From: Phoronis australis
Lineage: Eukaryota > Animalia > Phoronida
Direction of reading: 5' to 3'
NCBI GenBank assembly: GCA_002633005.1
Contig: NMRA01000033.1
Location: 131,012-195,011, forward strand
DNA length: 64,000 nt
The notes beneath the pieces were generated by a model. The model was not told the origin of the DNA. It saw only the letters and a list, made by a program, of their open reading frames with translations, and made no database searches. The position numbers and the translations under genes are program-made. Below are positions 40,231 to 54,975 of the stretch, piece by piece (within the stretch, counting starts at the first letter, position 1; each line of letters starts with the position of its first letter).

Positions 40231-41471
40231 ACAATCTACAATGACCACGTATTCATTCATAACTTGTAAATGTGAAAACAAAAAATTCTGCAAATAGGTG
40301 GCCTTCGTGCTAATGGTGTACGTCGCAGGCTCACATAACCCATGTCATGAACTTTTACTCCCCAGCACCACGTGACGATACTTAGTAGGCACTGTTCAGA
40401 AATTTGTGGCGATCATTTAGCCACAAAACTTGTTCTTAAAAACATTTGGCAATTTTCAGTCTACCTCATTTTGATATCGTCGCTATATGTTGTTTCTACC
40501 TAATATGGCCGAGCAATCACAGAGATGAGGAATTAGCGTGCAAATTCCGCTTTAAAACATGACCCATCAGGAAAAAGTCTATGGATCTGAAGATGAACTT
40601 GGATTATTGGTAGCAAGCCACGGTCCCTAGATTTGCCGGAGTTTGAATTAACATGAGTATTAATACCACGCAGACTACATCAGACGGAAACTTATATCAG
40701 TCATCGCACATTCCATGTTTATGTACAACCACTTAAACTGAACCAACATCTCAAATGTCAAAATGGTGGAAACGCGACCCACATCTGATCGCATTAAATT
40801 TTGTTTCTGGCCAAAATATGAGTACGACAATTAACTGAAACATCGATTAATATGTCGTCGTTTACATATGTGCTGATTTTAAAGTTCGGACCCACATCTA
40901 TACCCTAAAATTCTAAAAAGCACCCCATCTCAATGGTACATCCCCACTATCTCTATTACATTGACTGCACACCCTCCCCCTAGGACTGAATCACATCCAA
41001 GAACCACATCAAAATGGATGAACGAAAAATTATATGCACAAAAACATAATTAAGTCATTCAAATAAAAGCTAGAAGTACGAACAAAAATTCATTAGTACA
41101 AACCACATGATGGAATGCTTCAATTTTGTGGCTCGGATGCAAGATTACTTTATTGTAAGATGTCGTGGTCCATACATATGATTCAATAGTAGAAATGGAG
41201 AATGCAACGATTCCGCTACAAAATTCAAAGTTTATACGTACGATCGTCACATACCCTAGTTAATGCGATGTCTACGCATTATATAAGCATCTCTAAACCA
41301 AGTACTCTTATATTTCAGGTTCTACAACAAACTAGATTTTTTAAAAATTAACAAGGAATAAGTGCAGCTTTTGGAAAAAGGTGCTACACATGTTCTGTCA
41401 TGGTACATATCAAATAGAAATTTATTGTCCCTTCATGGACCAACAAGACTTAAAACAAGACGTGTCCTCAC

Positions 41472-41564
41472 CTTAGCCAAGCTGGCAGTGAACAACACAC
41501 ATTCAAACAGCTCGCCCATTTTCTGTAAAAATTCGTCGACATATGGCCTTTTTAAAACGTAAAC
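41472..41564 (-). CDS. CTDSPL: CTDSP exon ([31 protein letters not shown])
   Basis: 93 nt, AG/GTGAG boundaries, family-conserved peptide. Confidence 0.97.
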
Positions 41565-43329
41565 CTGCAACAAAAAGGGGAGGCGTCACAATCAGGTCAA
41601 CTAGCCAGACAGCTAGCATGAAAACAAACTGTTATTGAGTTACAACACCAGGACTTCACCAATGCTGACCGAGCATGTGCAATGACCCAATGGCTCTTCA
41701 TTGCTCTCCAGCCAATGAACAGGCAGCAAAAGTTCACTGCATTTCCTTAAAAAAACAGATTTGTGTCCAAAATATGCAATTTCTGGATTATTGTTGAATG
41801 GGATAGACTTTTTGAAATTATCAGCTTTGATCAGGGTTATAATACAACAACATCTGTTGCGTTTTTGTGCTTTTATTACAAATCGCAAATTCTCGCTGTT
41901 GTCTACCAGACATTCACTGAAATCAATGTCAGTGTCTTTACTATTTAAATACACGTCTAATACTCTCCTATTTAATGGAGCATAGCAATATACAAGAATT
42001 GTTCACTTTTAGTCAAGTTAGACGACATAGAAAATTGAGATTTGATAAAATTAAACAAGTATTTTCAAACATGAGCAAGATTATCCTGAGATGTGTTTCT
42101 GACAAGAAAAGTGAGATTACACAATATCAGCCAATCGAAAGGTGGCTCTTTTGCGAGTTTGTGATTTTACTCGTTTAACTAGCAAAATGGCCCCCGCTCA
42201 AGTAATAGTTTGGTGAGGCTGGAACGTAAAATCATGGGATAAAATTCTTCTTTTCCTTTCCACAAGCAGATTTCGCGCTGAAAGCACCTCGCGAGCACCT
42301 TTCATTTACCGAGCAAAGCACTAGCTTTCTTTCAGTTACATGCACATGACCGATTAGTTATTGACATGGGCCTCACTATTCTTACATTTAGTGGTGGATT
42401 CTGTTCTTCACGAACCAAACAAATTGCGAGTTCATGCGTATTATACTGTAACGATGAAATCTTTGTAGTGTCACTGTCGACAATCAGCCCGCTAGAACAT
42501 GACACCGCAACTGAGCATTGTAAGAGCAACTTCGTTGTATGGGAAAGAAGTCACCCCAATAATATATTCTGACCAATGCTAAAAGTGATTAAATGCAATT
42601 AAACAGTTTTACATACTATGGAGAAACAATGTTTATCTGATTACGATGTTGCTATCGTAATTTTTGATTCAAGTTAAACAGGGAATGTGTGCACAAAAAT
42701 TAAAGAGTTATCTCAATCGAATGTCCTGCATATCGGAGCATGGAACCAAAGATGGCCGACAAGTGAACTTTCCATTTTGTCAACTTTCTCCGCAAAAATC
42801 GAGACTAAGATAATTTTAGTCTATTACAAGCAAGGTTTGTACTGTGCAGATGGCATAAAACACCATTTAGTGAGGGTTCAATCATTTGCAACAAAGTAAC
42901 TTGTCTTTGAAAACTGACAATTATTTTTGTGCATAGCGAGTGGAGGATCACGGTAACGGCATTACGGACTGCAATTTTTTTCCTGGAACGACAGGCATAG
43001 TTTATCGTCACTTTTGTATGTTTGTGCATGCTCTTACAGCAAATGTTGTGTATATCATAGGAATCTTCAGACAGCGTGTCATGGATTACCACACTCTAAT
43101 ATGCCACCTCGTGCTTTTCCCTGGTCCACTTCTGAGGCACAACTACAAAAACTCCATCGTCGTGCTGTTTTCTGGGTGTTGTGTCGGACGTTACCCCCGT
43201 GCGATATGGTCTAGATCCAGATATCTAGCTTTTTTCATTTTGGAATTATGGCAACTATGTGTGTAGAGTTGTCAATGGATTCGAGTGTATGCGAATGAGC
43301 TTTTTGACACAGCAGTAAATCAGACCAAC

Positions 43330-43386
43330 CTGGTGAACGGTTCCGTCCAGTTCCACGGGAACGATGAAATCTGCATTGCTCACAGG
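43330..43386 (-). CDS. CTDSPL: CTDSP exon ([19 protein letters not shown])
   Basis: 57 nt, AG/GT boundaries, family-conserved peptide. Confidence 0.96.
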
Positions 43387-44585
43387 CTGAAATATATAAC
43401 ACAAAGAACGTTGAACACACAAGACTTACACAGACATCCACCTCACACAAGATGTGAGCTTTGAGCACGGTTCTTGCCTTAAATTGTTTATTTTTGCAGA
43501 TCTTGCCATATGAATCAACATGGTATACCTCTGGGAATACTCATACACAGCTTCTTCATTGATTAAGTACACATGGAAATGCATCAGACCATGAACCCTA
43601 ACCAAAAGTGTGATCGTGATTAACTTAGAGAATCAAAGCACGCGTGCCGTTTGGAGCACAAAAACAGCTGGATCTGACCCAGAAGGTCAAGACCTGATGT
43701 GGGTTTCGCTGAAGACAGAAGCTCACAAAATCGCAAGATCACACTTCTCAAGATATTTCATCTGAGCTTCTTGCCCTGGATTGATACTGTAATCACTGAA
43801 ATATTCACTAAATTCAATTGACAAACTAACACAAGCCACGTGACCACCCAAACATCCAATCACCGAGAAACTAAGGGGAAAGCATCAGTGACGAGAAAAT
43901 TCTCTATCCATTAGGTGGCACTGACAAAGCAAGTCTTCTTAAAGGGACATTTTGCCACTGTTTTTAATTAGGGTAACTGTCAATGTCGAGCTCTGAACCG
44001 AAGTGCTCTGGGATTTAAATACATTACCGCGCTTATCTAATCTTGAATTGTTGACGATTCGGCCGGCAACTCAAGTAACAAGCAATTAGTACACGTGTCT
44101 TTTTCAAATTTGGAATTTCAGGACTGGCCAACCCCAATAAAATCAGAGGTATTTTCTTGACTCACTGATGGTTTTGATGTTCTTGCTATCAATGGAAGTA
44201 GAATTATATAATGGTCAGGAATATTAGAACAATTTTGTAAGAGCACAAGGGCTAATTCGATCTTCATTTTTTTGGCCAGCTCTACTGGCAGAGAAGCAGA
44301 CTGAAGAGTGGAACAACAAAAACCAGAAAGCTGTACAACACCTGCTGTGGGTGTTTGTTGAATAAGGGTACAAAGTGACAACAAGAATGTATTCAGTTGA
44401 AGAGGTAGAAATGCTGCAAGACTAATTAGACCACAAACGTGTTCACGCTTATTTCTCCATCTTACACTACTGAACAGGTATCCACATTTAAGTGCAAGCT
44501 GCAAAAACATGTCTTCCGTCAAAAAAATTTTGATTCAGACCATTTACAGTAACTGTGAAATTGAGCTTGTTCTTTATTCAAATTA

Positions 44586-44795
44586 GGAGGCAGTGTGGCC
44601 TAGTGGGTTAACTGTTTGCCTCCTATTCACAAAGTTGTGGGTTCGAATACTAGCGGTTCACACTGCTAAGACCCTTGAGTCACATCTCTGGCTCCTCAGC
44701 TTGGTCTTAACTTGTGTATACATGTTATATATGCATATAAATAGATAAAAAAACAGTTTCAGTAGTTTAGTGCAATGGGTCTGGCTGAGCGGCCT
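44586..44795 (+). mobile_element. tRNA-derived SINE
   Basis: A-box TGGCCTAGTGG, B-box GGTTCGAATAC; shared body TCACACTGCTAA..CCCTTGAGTCA..CTCCTCAGCT..AGTGCAATGGG. Confidence 0.8.
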
Positions 44796-46425
44796 ACACA
44801 CGTCTGACACAACGTGTATCAAACCAACTGCACTGTTTTATTCAAATTAGCGGACTTGGACAAAATAAGTTCTCTATTGCTCATTAATTTGCTCGCCACG
44901 ATGGCTTAGTTACAGTTCAACCTGTCGTGAAGCAATATGGCTCCCAAGGGAATTACAGAATATGTTTTGTTGCAAGAAACATCAATTCAAATGAAATATA
45001 AGAAATCAATGCTTTGACAAAGCAAATACGCCGATAAAGGAATTTGTTTTTGACACCAGATCATGTTATGTGTTCACGTGGAATTATAAGCTGCTACAAG
45101 CCTGCGTGCAGTCAAAGGAATTTCTGCTATAAAACTGGTCTCAACTTGTTTCATACTCGGATGCAAATGGTAACGAGACTGAAACCCCCCTCCAAACTCC
45201 CATTCCAATAATAATGACTAGTTAACACCAAAATGTAGCTTTTTGACGAAAGGTGGGTTTATCGTAATTTCAAACCATATGAAAGTCAAAGAACTTCGTC
45301 ATTTGGTGCTGCATCTCACTCAGTAACAACTGATGTCACATTTTCAACCCCATTCACCATTATCACCATCTATGTTGTCAAGGTTAATTCATGCAGCTGC
45401 AGTGACCATAGAAACTTGTTAACATGAAAACAATAAATGGACATCAATGACTTAGGGTACACAGTCCAGACTGTAATCATATAATTCAGTTCTTCAATGA
45501 CCCAGTGTGGGATTTATGAGAGTGCAAAGATATGAAATATTGGCACTCTCTCATTATACGACATTGGCCGCAACAATAAAAGTTGTTAGGAGTGTTCAGC
45601 CAATGGTGTGCTACTGAATAGAAAAATGACAATTCAGTTTTGGTTTCAATCAGATACTTAACTAGGTCGAAATTAGGGCGAAAGGGCAAATGATCTCCAT
45701 ATATTTCTGAAAGAATTACACAGGCATAGACCAGTGAATTTATGTTTTCAACATTCACAGTGATGCAAAAAAAAAAACAGGAGAAACAAAATAAAACTCG
45801 GTAAGTATTCACCGTCTTATCATTATAGATCAAGAAATAATGTGTCCTTACTAGGTTACTACGCAGCTCCAGTAAGAGTAACAATCAAGGGATTAAGCCC
45901 AGTCAGGGTAATATCTCATCAATTTAGGATACAATATGGCTGACAGGTGATATTGCATCTTATCAGTTTCTGTGTGAAACATATGACGAGCTCATCAAAA
46001 TTATAACGATTTTTCATGTTCAAGTTTTGTGCCACACCTGCCATCAAATTGAAAAATCGTGGGCATTCATGTTAGACCTTGAAACATGAAAAAGGTCATT
46101 TTTCGGGCAATCATGTATGGCACAAATTGTACAAAGGTATACCTAGTGAATTGTTAAGCTACTGACAGAAAACTTTGCAAGTGAAAATATTGCTGGTTAC
46201 AAAAACAACCTGTCGAGGTCAAAAGTTCAAACAAAAACAACACTTGTACTGTTTGCACGTTCACAGCGATTTTTTTCTCGAAAACTATGAAGATCACCAA
46301 ATCAATATGTAAAAACAGTCAATTCCGATTTCAAAATGGACAATGAAATGAAATGCAAGATCGTGAAGCTCAAGTAAGTGATGATTTCTGGTGCAAGAAC
46401 CATTCCATTTACCACAAACACTCAC

Positions 46426-46527
46426 CTTAAATGAACTATGTACAAGAGTTTCGTCAAGATCAATAACCACGCATTTCTTATTCGAGTCCTGCGGTCGTAT
46501 AGACGGCAATAAGAACTTCTGAGGGGG
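46426..46527 (-). CDS. CTDSPL: CTDSP exon with catalytic DxDxT motif (PPQKFLLP...[16 protein letters not shown])
   Basis: 102 nt, AG/GTGAG boundaries, FCP/SCP HAD motif DLDETLVHS. Confidence 0.97.
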
Positions 46528-49059
46528 CTGCAAAAGACGAAACAAGTAAGATGAACAAACGACGCCTCACCGTTATCAAATATCATTAGTCAGGTGGGCA
46601 CAGACCAGCTGGAGCACTGTAGTGATGTCTAGGATCACAAGCGCCTGATTTAAAAATATACGCACTGCAAATGTGTTAGGGTACAAGATGATGCTTTTGT
46701 GGCTGGTGATATTCAGGAAAAATTTGCATGTGAAGTAGTTCATTGCCTAATACCAGATATGTTAAGTCTTCGCATATTAAGCAGCCAACATAAGAACATG
46801 TGAAATTTTATTCGGCAAAATTTATTAAAAAACTAAATAGTTCAGTCTGTTGCTAGGTTGGTTGGTAGGTTTGTAGCGTGCAGATGTCATAAAACGGCAT
46901 TTAGCAAAAATTTCCCATATCTGCATTAAAGTAATCAGCCTCTGAACAACACGTAAATTGCAACTTCGGCATTTATTATTGGGCAAAAACAAATGAAGAA
47001 AAACCACACTTTTACTCTTTAAAATTAACATCATAATCATTATCAACACCATCAAAATTGTTCTCATGTTCAAGAAACTAACAAAAGCTTGACACAGTAT
47101 TAACTTTCATATTTTGCCATCAACTCGAATTGCAAATCTAGTTTTATCTGGTTACTTTCACACTGCTATACTTCCACTAGACTGAAAGCATTTTTAAAGC
47201 ATGACTAAAAGACCTTGGATTCAGTTAGTCCGTATTTCTCAATTCACAGTGCTTACGCACACCCAAATCACATTCTATTAATACACTGGAGATTAGCCAC
47301 GGAAGATGATCGATTATACACGTGCAAATGGCAGATTTCATTTGCGGAGTGGTTAAGTACCTATATGTAAAATTTTCTTAGCGTACATAAACTCGCGAAA
47401 CACAAAAATATTTCAAAAACCGATTGTTTCTGAGATTTATTACCAACCAGTAGCCTTTCAGTATTGATTGTCGCCACGCCACGATCCTATCCAGGGAATG
47501 AACAGAACATATTAACAATCATGACCTTTAAGTAAACCACAACAAATTTCTAGACTGATTTCATGTTTTTTATGGAATTGATAGCCACACCAGGAACTTA
47601 ATTTAGGGTGGTTAGTTAAATTTGGTACACTAGAGGCCGTCTTTTCTAAGAAATCACTTTCAAAACATTTCACATAACCAACTTAAACAACTTAATGACT
47701 AAAATTTTTGTCAGTTTCCAAATTATCAGAGAATAACCATGAATATAAAAAATTAAAATTCTTTGTCAAAAGAAACAGTAACAGAAGACTTAAACACAAA
47801 CTTCGTAGACATCTTAAAATCATCAACTATGTTCCTATGTTCCCTAGAGAACAAGAAAACGAGCATCACTGCCCCCCCCCAGTCCAATTACGTACCCTCC
47901 TTCTGTGAATATTTCTAGCATACTCCTGCTTTTTGCCGCACAGTTTCGCTTTGAACTGTTTCAATCCCATCTCTCAATATTCAAGCACAAGCTATCGCGT
48001 CTCGATAATGTGCCCAACTGACCTATCTTCGGCCGACAAGTCCGCAGCTCAGAGCAAGCATCGGTGTCATAATGGCGCTTAAAATTTGTCTGCTTAAAAA
48101 CCACAACTATCTGCCAGTCACTCTTCAATAAACCTGATCTGTGTTGTCCACAATGAATAGAAAACACTAGTGAAATAGACGCACCAAGAAGTTATCTATT
48201 TCAATTGAAAGTCCTATCAGTAGCTCATAGCATCCACAGCATTCCATTTCGACTACTCTGGCAAAGTAATCCTTTCCTGTGTACAAGCAAAACATGTGCT
48301 GGGTAGAGCTGGTGAACTCTTTGTCTCTCGATCACAATTACCGAAGCATACCATCTCTATCACGATTGCTGCCGCTAGCCCCCGAGGGAGCTATTGCATT
48401 GATCAGACAAGTGTTTTGACGTCTGCGCCATATTCCCACCAGCTGAGTTTGCTGGAAAATCTATATCACGCATAGCTGCGACGCAATCAAATCAGGACCA
48501 TTTATTTGCATTGGAAGAGAAATGCAACAGACACAATATTATCAACAGATCCATTCAAAGTCTACAAAAAAACAATGAGCCAAGTACAACACAGCTGAAG
48601 GATACTGTGGGGTATGAAGCTAAAGGTGAGGGCATGTAGGACAATCGAAAAACGGCCAATTTGGCTCACTTTGGAACATCATAAGGCCAATTAGTGATCC
48701 ATATCAAACTTTCATGTACTACACTTTATTCCAATAACCTATTTCAATTTTTCTCAAATTTACCGTTTTTGAGTCATTTGACTTTCAGTTTCGAAAAATA
48801 AAAAAAATTTGAAATTTTTCGTAAACTTTACGAAATTGACTCATTAGATAGTTTTGAACTGGTTTTCAGAATTTTTTTTCCATTTTTCTCTAGGACGTCT
48901 ACTTTTCGAATTATTCGAGATTATCTGATGACACTGTTCCTTCGTTGATTTTGCTGCACTTCAGTTGGTTTACCTTCTATTGATCAAGACTGTCGCCCAT
49001 TTCTTACTTCTGACATCTTCATTCGTCATATGAATGTTATCACCATGTTCATCATCGCC

Positions 49060-49061
49060 AC

Positions 49062-49137
<76 letters not shown>
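49060..49137. repeat. (ATC)n microsatellite
   Basis: Direct reading. Confidence 0.97.
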
Positions 49138-49138
<1 letters not shown>

Positions 49139-50066
49139 CCAATGAGATCTTTTCAGTTAATTATGCGAAGTGTCGCTCTTCCGAGCGTTTCCATTTGTTA
49201 ATTTATTTGTACTAAACAATTGCTTTACCATTCACGTGTTAAGGCTATTAAAAATGAATAAATTATAATTTTTCATAGTTATTTTTGTCAAAAAATAGTG
49301 AGATTCATCATAACAGTAGTAACAAAAGAAGTCACATTCAAAGCTTGACTTTAGATATTTGGATAAAATTCAAAACTTATCTTTAATTGTTTATAAAAAC
49401 AACACAAGCACTAAAGATGATTCAAAGTTCCAAAATGCATCTGCTGCAGCTGTGGCCAACTCAAAAATGCAACAACAGACAAAACCAGTGGGAGTTATCT
49501 CCATGGAGATACCACACAGAAAACTCCTCAAAATACTTAACTGAGACAAATTGTTATCAAAATATTGCACACTTCACTAGAGAACAGTTCAGATCACATC
49601 CAAATACTAACATAATTTGTCTTAATAAACAACGATTTACTGTGGTCATCCCAGGTTCAGATAAAGACAGAAACCACACTTTTCATCACATTTGGCAATT
49701 TGTCAAGTTGAATCAAAATATGCGTAGGATGTATGATATCTTATCAATTACTAAACAACAGTGCATCTTTAGGACAAAGATGGTGTATATCTTTGTTTGG
49801 GATAGAGCTCCCCACTCTCCTCCTGGGAGGTGGCCATAGTTCAATAGTTCTTGAAACCAGCCTCAGGCACAAAGCCTGCTCATGGGTGAACAAGTAAACA
49901 AACATGACTTTAGGAGTCAGAAGCTGCCTTTGTGAAGACTGGGTGGGCACCTTGGGTAAAATTCTTGTTATGGCGGTATAAGAAATAAAACTATAAAGAA
50001 ATGTGAATCATCACGTTCACTTCTTCGCTACTGGTGCATTTTTTCACTGAAAGAACACCAGATTGG

Positions 50067-50536
50067 CAGGCCTTTATCCAGGATTTTGAAAATAGGGTGT
50101 CCAAAATGGGGTTCCCAATATTCCAGGGCGTCCATTCTTCCGACGCGTAACCCCCCTACCCCCAGCAATACCCCCCAAGAGACACAGATTTTTTTACAAA
50201 AAATGCATAGATCAAGGTTTTTACAGTTTATAAAACAGCCTTCTATGGTGAGCATTTTTACTAAAAAATGTAGACCAAGACTTTTACAATGCTGTCAATC
50301 AAGTGTCAAATTAGCAACAATGCATATACTTTGTATATACATTGTATATAAAAAGAGCCCCCACTGTGAGCCTTCAGAGGCTTCCGAGTATTCATTACAA
50401 TGTGCGAGTCCAAACTTGAAAGGTTCCTATTGACAGTGGGCGTCCAAATGATACATTGGGCGTCCTTGCCAGGGCGTCCAGATTAGTGGTAGGGCATCCA
50501 TTTGGACGCCCAGGACGTACGCTGCATAAAGGCCTG
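50067..50536. mobile_element. hAT-type MITE with perfect 8-bp target-site duplication
   Basis: TIRs CAGGCCTTTATCCAG / CTGCATAAAGGCCTG; CAGATTGG at 50059-50066 and 50537-50544; subterminal GGGCGTCC repeats. Confidence 0.9.
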
Positions 50537-53168
50537 CAGATTGGCCTTGGTTAGACTTCACACTGTATGCTATTCAATGCTAGTGTGAACAATTACATCA
50601 CAATTTCTGAACTGTTTACTTGGACCCCAAGAGATTGAAATGCAACTTTTGAAAGATGGGTCCACTGAATCTCAGTGAATAGAAGAGCTGGGCTAACAGA
50701 GACCACTGGTCACCACGAAGACCAAAGTGACATGGTATTTACCATAATTACCATGAGGTCAACTAAGTGTCACAGAGAAGTGACCTGGCTTCGCACTATC
50801 CTGTTGTTCTTGTTAATAAAGTTGAAAACTGAGTCACACCGACTTTTCCAGATCTGTGCATATCACTATTATACACAAAATATGTATTCAAGAACTACGG
50901 TCTGTTATATAAAAAAGGCTAAGGCTTCAGTCAGACATTTGGTATCACACTTCAAAACTACTCTTGAAAAATAATTATAACTAACAAAAGTGCAAAGTAT
51001 CTGAGAATATATCCATAACTTCTAATTGCTGAGATAATTTGTATAAACTATTTCCAGGTTCTGATAGGCAAACGATTCCACGACCGAACCTATATTCAGT
51101 TTTGTGGGATGGGGGAGCATCTGAAATCTCAAGTCACTTTTTCAATAAACAGATCCCAAGTCCTTTGTTTTGACCTACTTGTGGATTCACGCCAGTTGTC
51201 CACAGAATATTTGTTTAAAGCAGATAAATATAAAGGAATAAAATGACAACCTTAAGCTCAGCAAGGGTAACTGGAAGGGACTCATCTAGCGGCCGTCCTG
51301 GCCGTCATTGCTAACTGCACTACTCGTTACAATCAATAGCCACATTTTTTGCTTAAAACGCAGATACAAGAGCCTCAGTTTGAGTTATGTTTGCAGAAAC
51401 CCAATACAAGAAAAATCTAAACGATTTACGACAAAAATAACTGCCAAAATTGCACTTCTTTCATTTTTCAAGGGCTTGTAACATTGTTGTGAATGCAGAC
51501 AATTCTTCAAAATATTGTCTTTTAGTAGCTGTAGTTACAGAACTTGGACAAAGCAAAGCATCATTCCGGTACACTGTACATCACTTATGGGAAAATGAGA
51601 TAAAATTTCACTTGTCAGCCATACTGTCCTCAAATGGTGAGATTCTACAGTATTATGTCCCTTGGTTAACCTCCAGGTTGTCTGAGGGTAATGTGCAAAC
51701 TGTTGATATCTAGACAGTGAGAGGGCAGGGGAACTAACAGTCAACTGACAACCTTTCCTCTTAAGGTTATCTCCAACCTTATTTAGTGGCCTCCATTCTA
51801 ACTCGTATATCAAAAAACTAAGCTTTGTCAACTAGTAAAAGTATATATTTTCTTAAAGAACAAAGACCAGGGAATATAAATATACTTTTTGTATTCATGT
51901 GCCATTATTACTTTTATGTATAAAACTTTTTAAGTCAAAATTTCATTTTTAAGAAAGGTACATTCATAGCAAAATAAACCCTGGGTAGATTTTAATGAAA
52001 CCTTTTTTAAATGAAAACTTCACCACTTACCTAAAAATCGCTGCTAGGAATTTTCGATTAGTCTGTTCGTTTGGTTTCTATGACAGATCAACTCGTAAAA
52101 CGTAAGGTACTTTAGTAAAAAATTGAAGTCGTATTCGTCTTTGTCACATTACGCAAAAACTAGGCCTTTACATCAAAAATCCTAATAGTGTTTTTGAGAT
52201 TGATGACTAAATATTAAGTTTGGAAAGTTTCAGCGAAATCCATCAAGTCGTTTTCGAGAACTAGTGTTTCTAAGTTCAAATAAAGTCGATTTGCCGAAGC
52301 CGAGAAAAAGCCGATTTAACTGTGACAAGTGAAAATCTCAAAGTCTTCGGGTAATTATTCGGTGAAAACTTGTTTTCGGTACACATAACCAATACAATCC
52401 TTAACTATGTTAGCTATTTCAACATTCACTCACATTGTCAACTGATTTTGCATTGCGTAACTAACTTAATTATCATTAACACCTCAAATAGACGTATTGT
52501 TCCCAGCCAACTTTTACTGTTGTTTACGCCCTACTTTCTACGTAGGTCACAGTTCATAGCTTGTACACGTCACGTGCTGGGAGACTGATACGAAACCAAG
52601 TACGGTAAGAAATGGATTATAAAACTCGAATCGGTGGATAAAGTATGTCGTTAGCATGAGATTGAACCACTGAAATGTGAACTTATTAATTGAATGAAGG
52701 AATTAGGGTGAGGATTTATCTCTTTTCACAAATTTCTGTGTTCATCACCACAGAGGCCAGAGGCGACTCGCAGCATTCGTTTTCAACGCCAACGGTCGTA
52801 TGCATGTAGACGCACAACTCCCGTAGGATCAAAACTACGTTTTGTGTTTGTTTTCTCCAGCACCATTCTACCATAAGTACACCTTGTTGGCTCCATGTTA
52901 GGGCGACTTTGTGAATGAAAGGACTGAGGGTATACCAAGCAGTTCTGTACCTGGCCGGAGATTCGGTATATATTTTGTATTTGAAGTTCCCCGAGAATGA
53001 AGATGAGGTATTTTGCTAGACACAAGTGAAATATTGTAAAAACGGCCAATTTTTGTGAATAAGGTTGGAGATATCCTCAATTCCTACAATGACACACATG
53101 TATACATTTTCATCAATCTCCTCAAAGGTCAATCGCTTCATTGCTAAGGTCAAAAAGTACAGTTGGTT

Positions 53169-53391
53169 CTGGGGTCCCTTCCAAGAAAACTGACTTAGCC
53201 AAGACAAATCTTAAATTTAAGCCAATTTTAAGACAAAACTTTAATTTATCTCAAGCCCGTTTCAAGATGGAGATCTTTAGTTTTGTCTTAATTCTCACCA
53301 ACCTACCGAATGTGGAAGTTTTTAAGTTTGGAAGTTGAGTCAAATCTAAGATTTAAGTAAAAATGAACTCAGTTTCTTGGAACGGGCCCAG
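53169..53391. mobile_element. PIF/Harbinger-like MITE
   Basis: TIRs CTGGGGTCCCTTCCAAGAAAACTGA / TCAGTTTCTTGGAACGGGCCCAG. Confidence 0.7.
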
Positions 53392-54635
53392 GTCTCCTTT
53401 TCTCCCCCATCACCCACCAAAAAACATGCCCACCTGCATCAACTTCAGGCAAAGTTTGGTGTTTTTTAAAAACTGCACAATGGCTTTTAAGTAAGGTTTG
53501 GAACACCATAATTAGCCGATCCATGACAAAGACTTTTAAAACAAAACCAGCTTAATTTTTCCTCATCTCGGGTAGATTTTATTTTTTTGAAAAAGAGAGC
53601 AACTAAAAAAATACCGCAAAGCAACTGATTTAAAAAAAAACAAAGACCAGAACCGATTATGCGTTTTGGTAGAGTGTCAACTCCGAACACTCGTGACACG
53701 CAAGTTATAATCATTATGAAGATCATTAAACTGGCTTCTGCTCAAACCAATCTTAGATTATGGTTGGCAAGATGGGCCAGAATGACAAACAATTTTTTTC
53801 ATCATAGAAATTTTGCACAGTTTTATTTTTTGGCACGTGAATCATTTGAACATCCAGAGACATCATAATTACAAATAATTCATAAAAATGCTGAGTTCCA
53901 CTGCTTTAAACCTCTATCAGAACTGTGGGTGCTATCGACAGTTTGTCCACAAACTACTCTCAATGCCACCTAACAGCAGAGCATATCTCAAAATTTGGCG
54001 ATACGTATCACACTGTGGCCTCACATTAAACACAGCATCTGCTCGTTCAAACTTTCGGTGCTTGTATCAACATTTAAAGTACAAGATAGCGTCACAAACT
54101 ATTATACTCAAGCACACATTTACAATAATCAGTAGTCTTCATGGCCACCTCAATACATGATTGTTGATAAGTACAATCTCACTACTATAGGAAATGTTAA
54201 GAGTTGTGGCTTGAATTGTCATCTGTCAGTCAACATTCGGTAAGTGAGAACATCATGAAAACAGAGTGCAAATCAATCCCAACTCTGCATTAAAACTATC
54301 AAAAACTATCAAATATCACAGACCGCAGTGCTAATTAGCGGAAAATTAGAGAGAAGACTAGCTGCAACCTACAATAATCCGTAAACTGGCATGGATAGAA
54401 AATTGTCTAAAAAAGCCTAGCTGGAATTCAGTCTTGCAATGTTACGTAGCAAAGTACTGCATGGAATAGCAAAAGCTGCAGAGGCATGACTTCAATACGC
54501 CACACAAAAAGAAAAGTTGCCAACCATATTCAGTGTTCCAAACCAATGCCCAAAACCTGCAGATTACCATGAAGCCCGGTGCAAAGAAAATAGCAAGCTT
54601 GGTTTAGAACCTAGATATGTGCCGGACTTTGGGCT

Positions 54636-54975
54636 AAAGTTCTGTTAGATCACACATAGCCTACCCGAGAACAACTTGCTCCTGTGCCCAAACACATATT
54701 CGATAACTAGGGTAAGGCAGAAGTTGTCGCTCTGAACACCCGACGCGCAAAAGAAAACTCGACTGTATGTAGCCCCAACTGATAATTATTTCTGCCTCGT
54801 CGCAGCAAGTTAGCCTAGAATAAGTTGCCCTACCTCAATAAAGTGGAGTAAGTTGTCACAAGTGGGGTAAGTTGCACTAGTTTAACTAGCGTCCACACAG
54901 CCCCCAAACCTAGCGACAACTCGTTCCAGGAGTAATTTGTTCTATGGTAAGTCTGTGTGTGGACGGCACTTAAAG
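54636..54975. mobile_element. Diverged MITE, Harbinger-like
   Basis: CACACATAGCCTACCCGAGAACAACTTGCTCCTG inverted against CAGGAGTAATTTGTTCTATGGTAAGTCTGTGTG; internal GTCCACAC. Confidence 0.55.

Noticed and set aside
39744-40231. ORFs crossing the N run
   Set aside because: Artefacts of the assembly gap
44586-44665. tRNA gene
   Set aside because: A/B boxes are present but no clean cloverleaf; the downstream body is shared with another copy, indicating a SINE
49030-49215. Poly-Ile ORF (and poly-HY/L ORFs at 13365-13599)
   Set aside because: Translations of trinucleotide microsatellites
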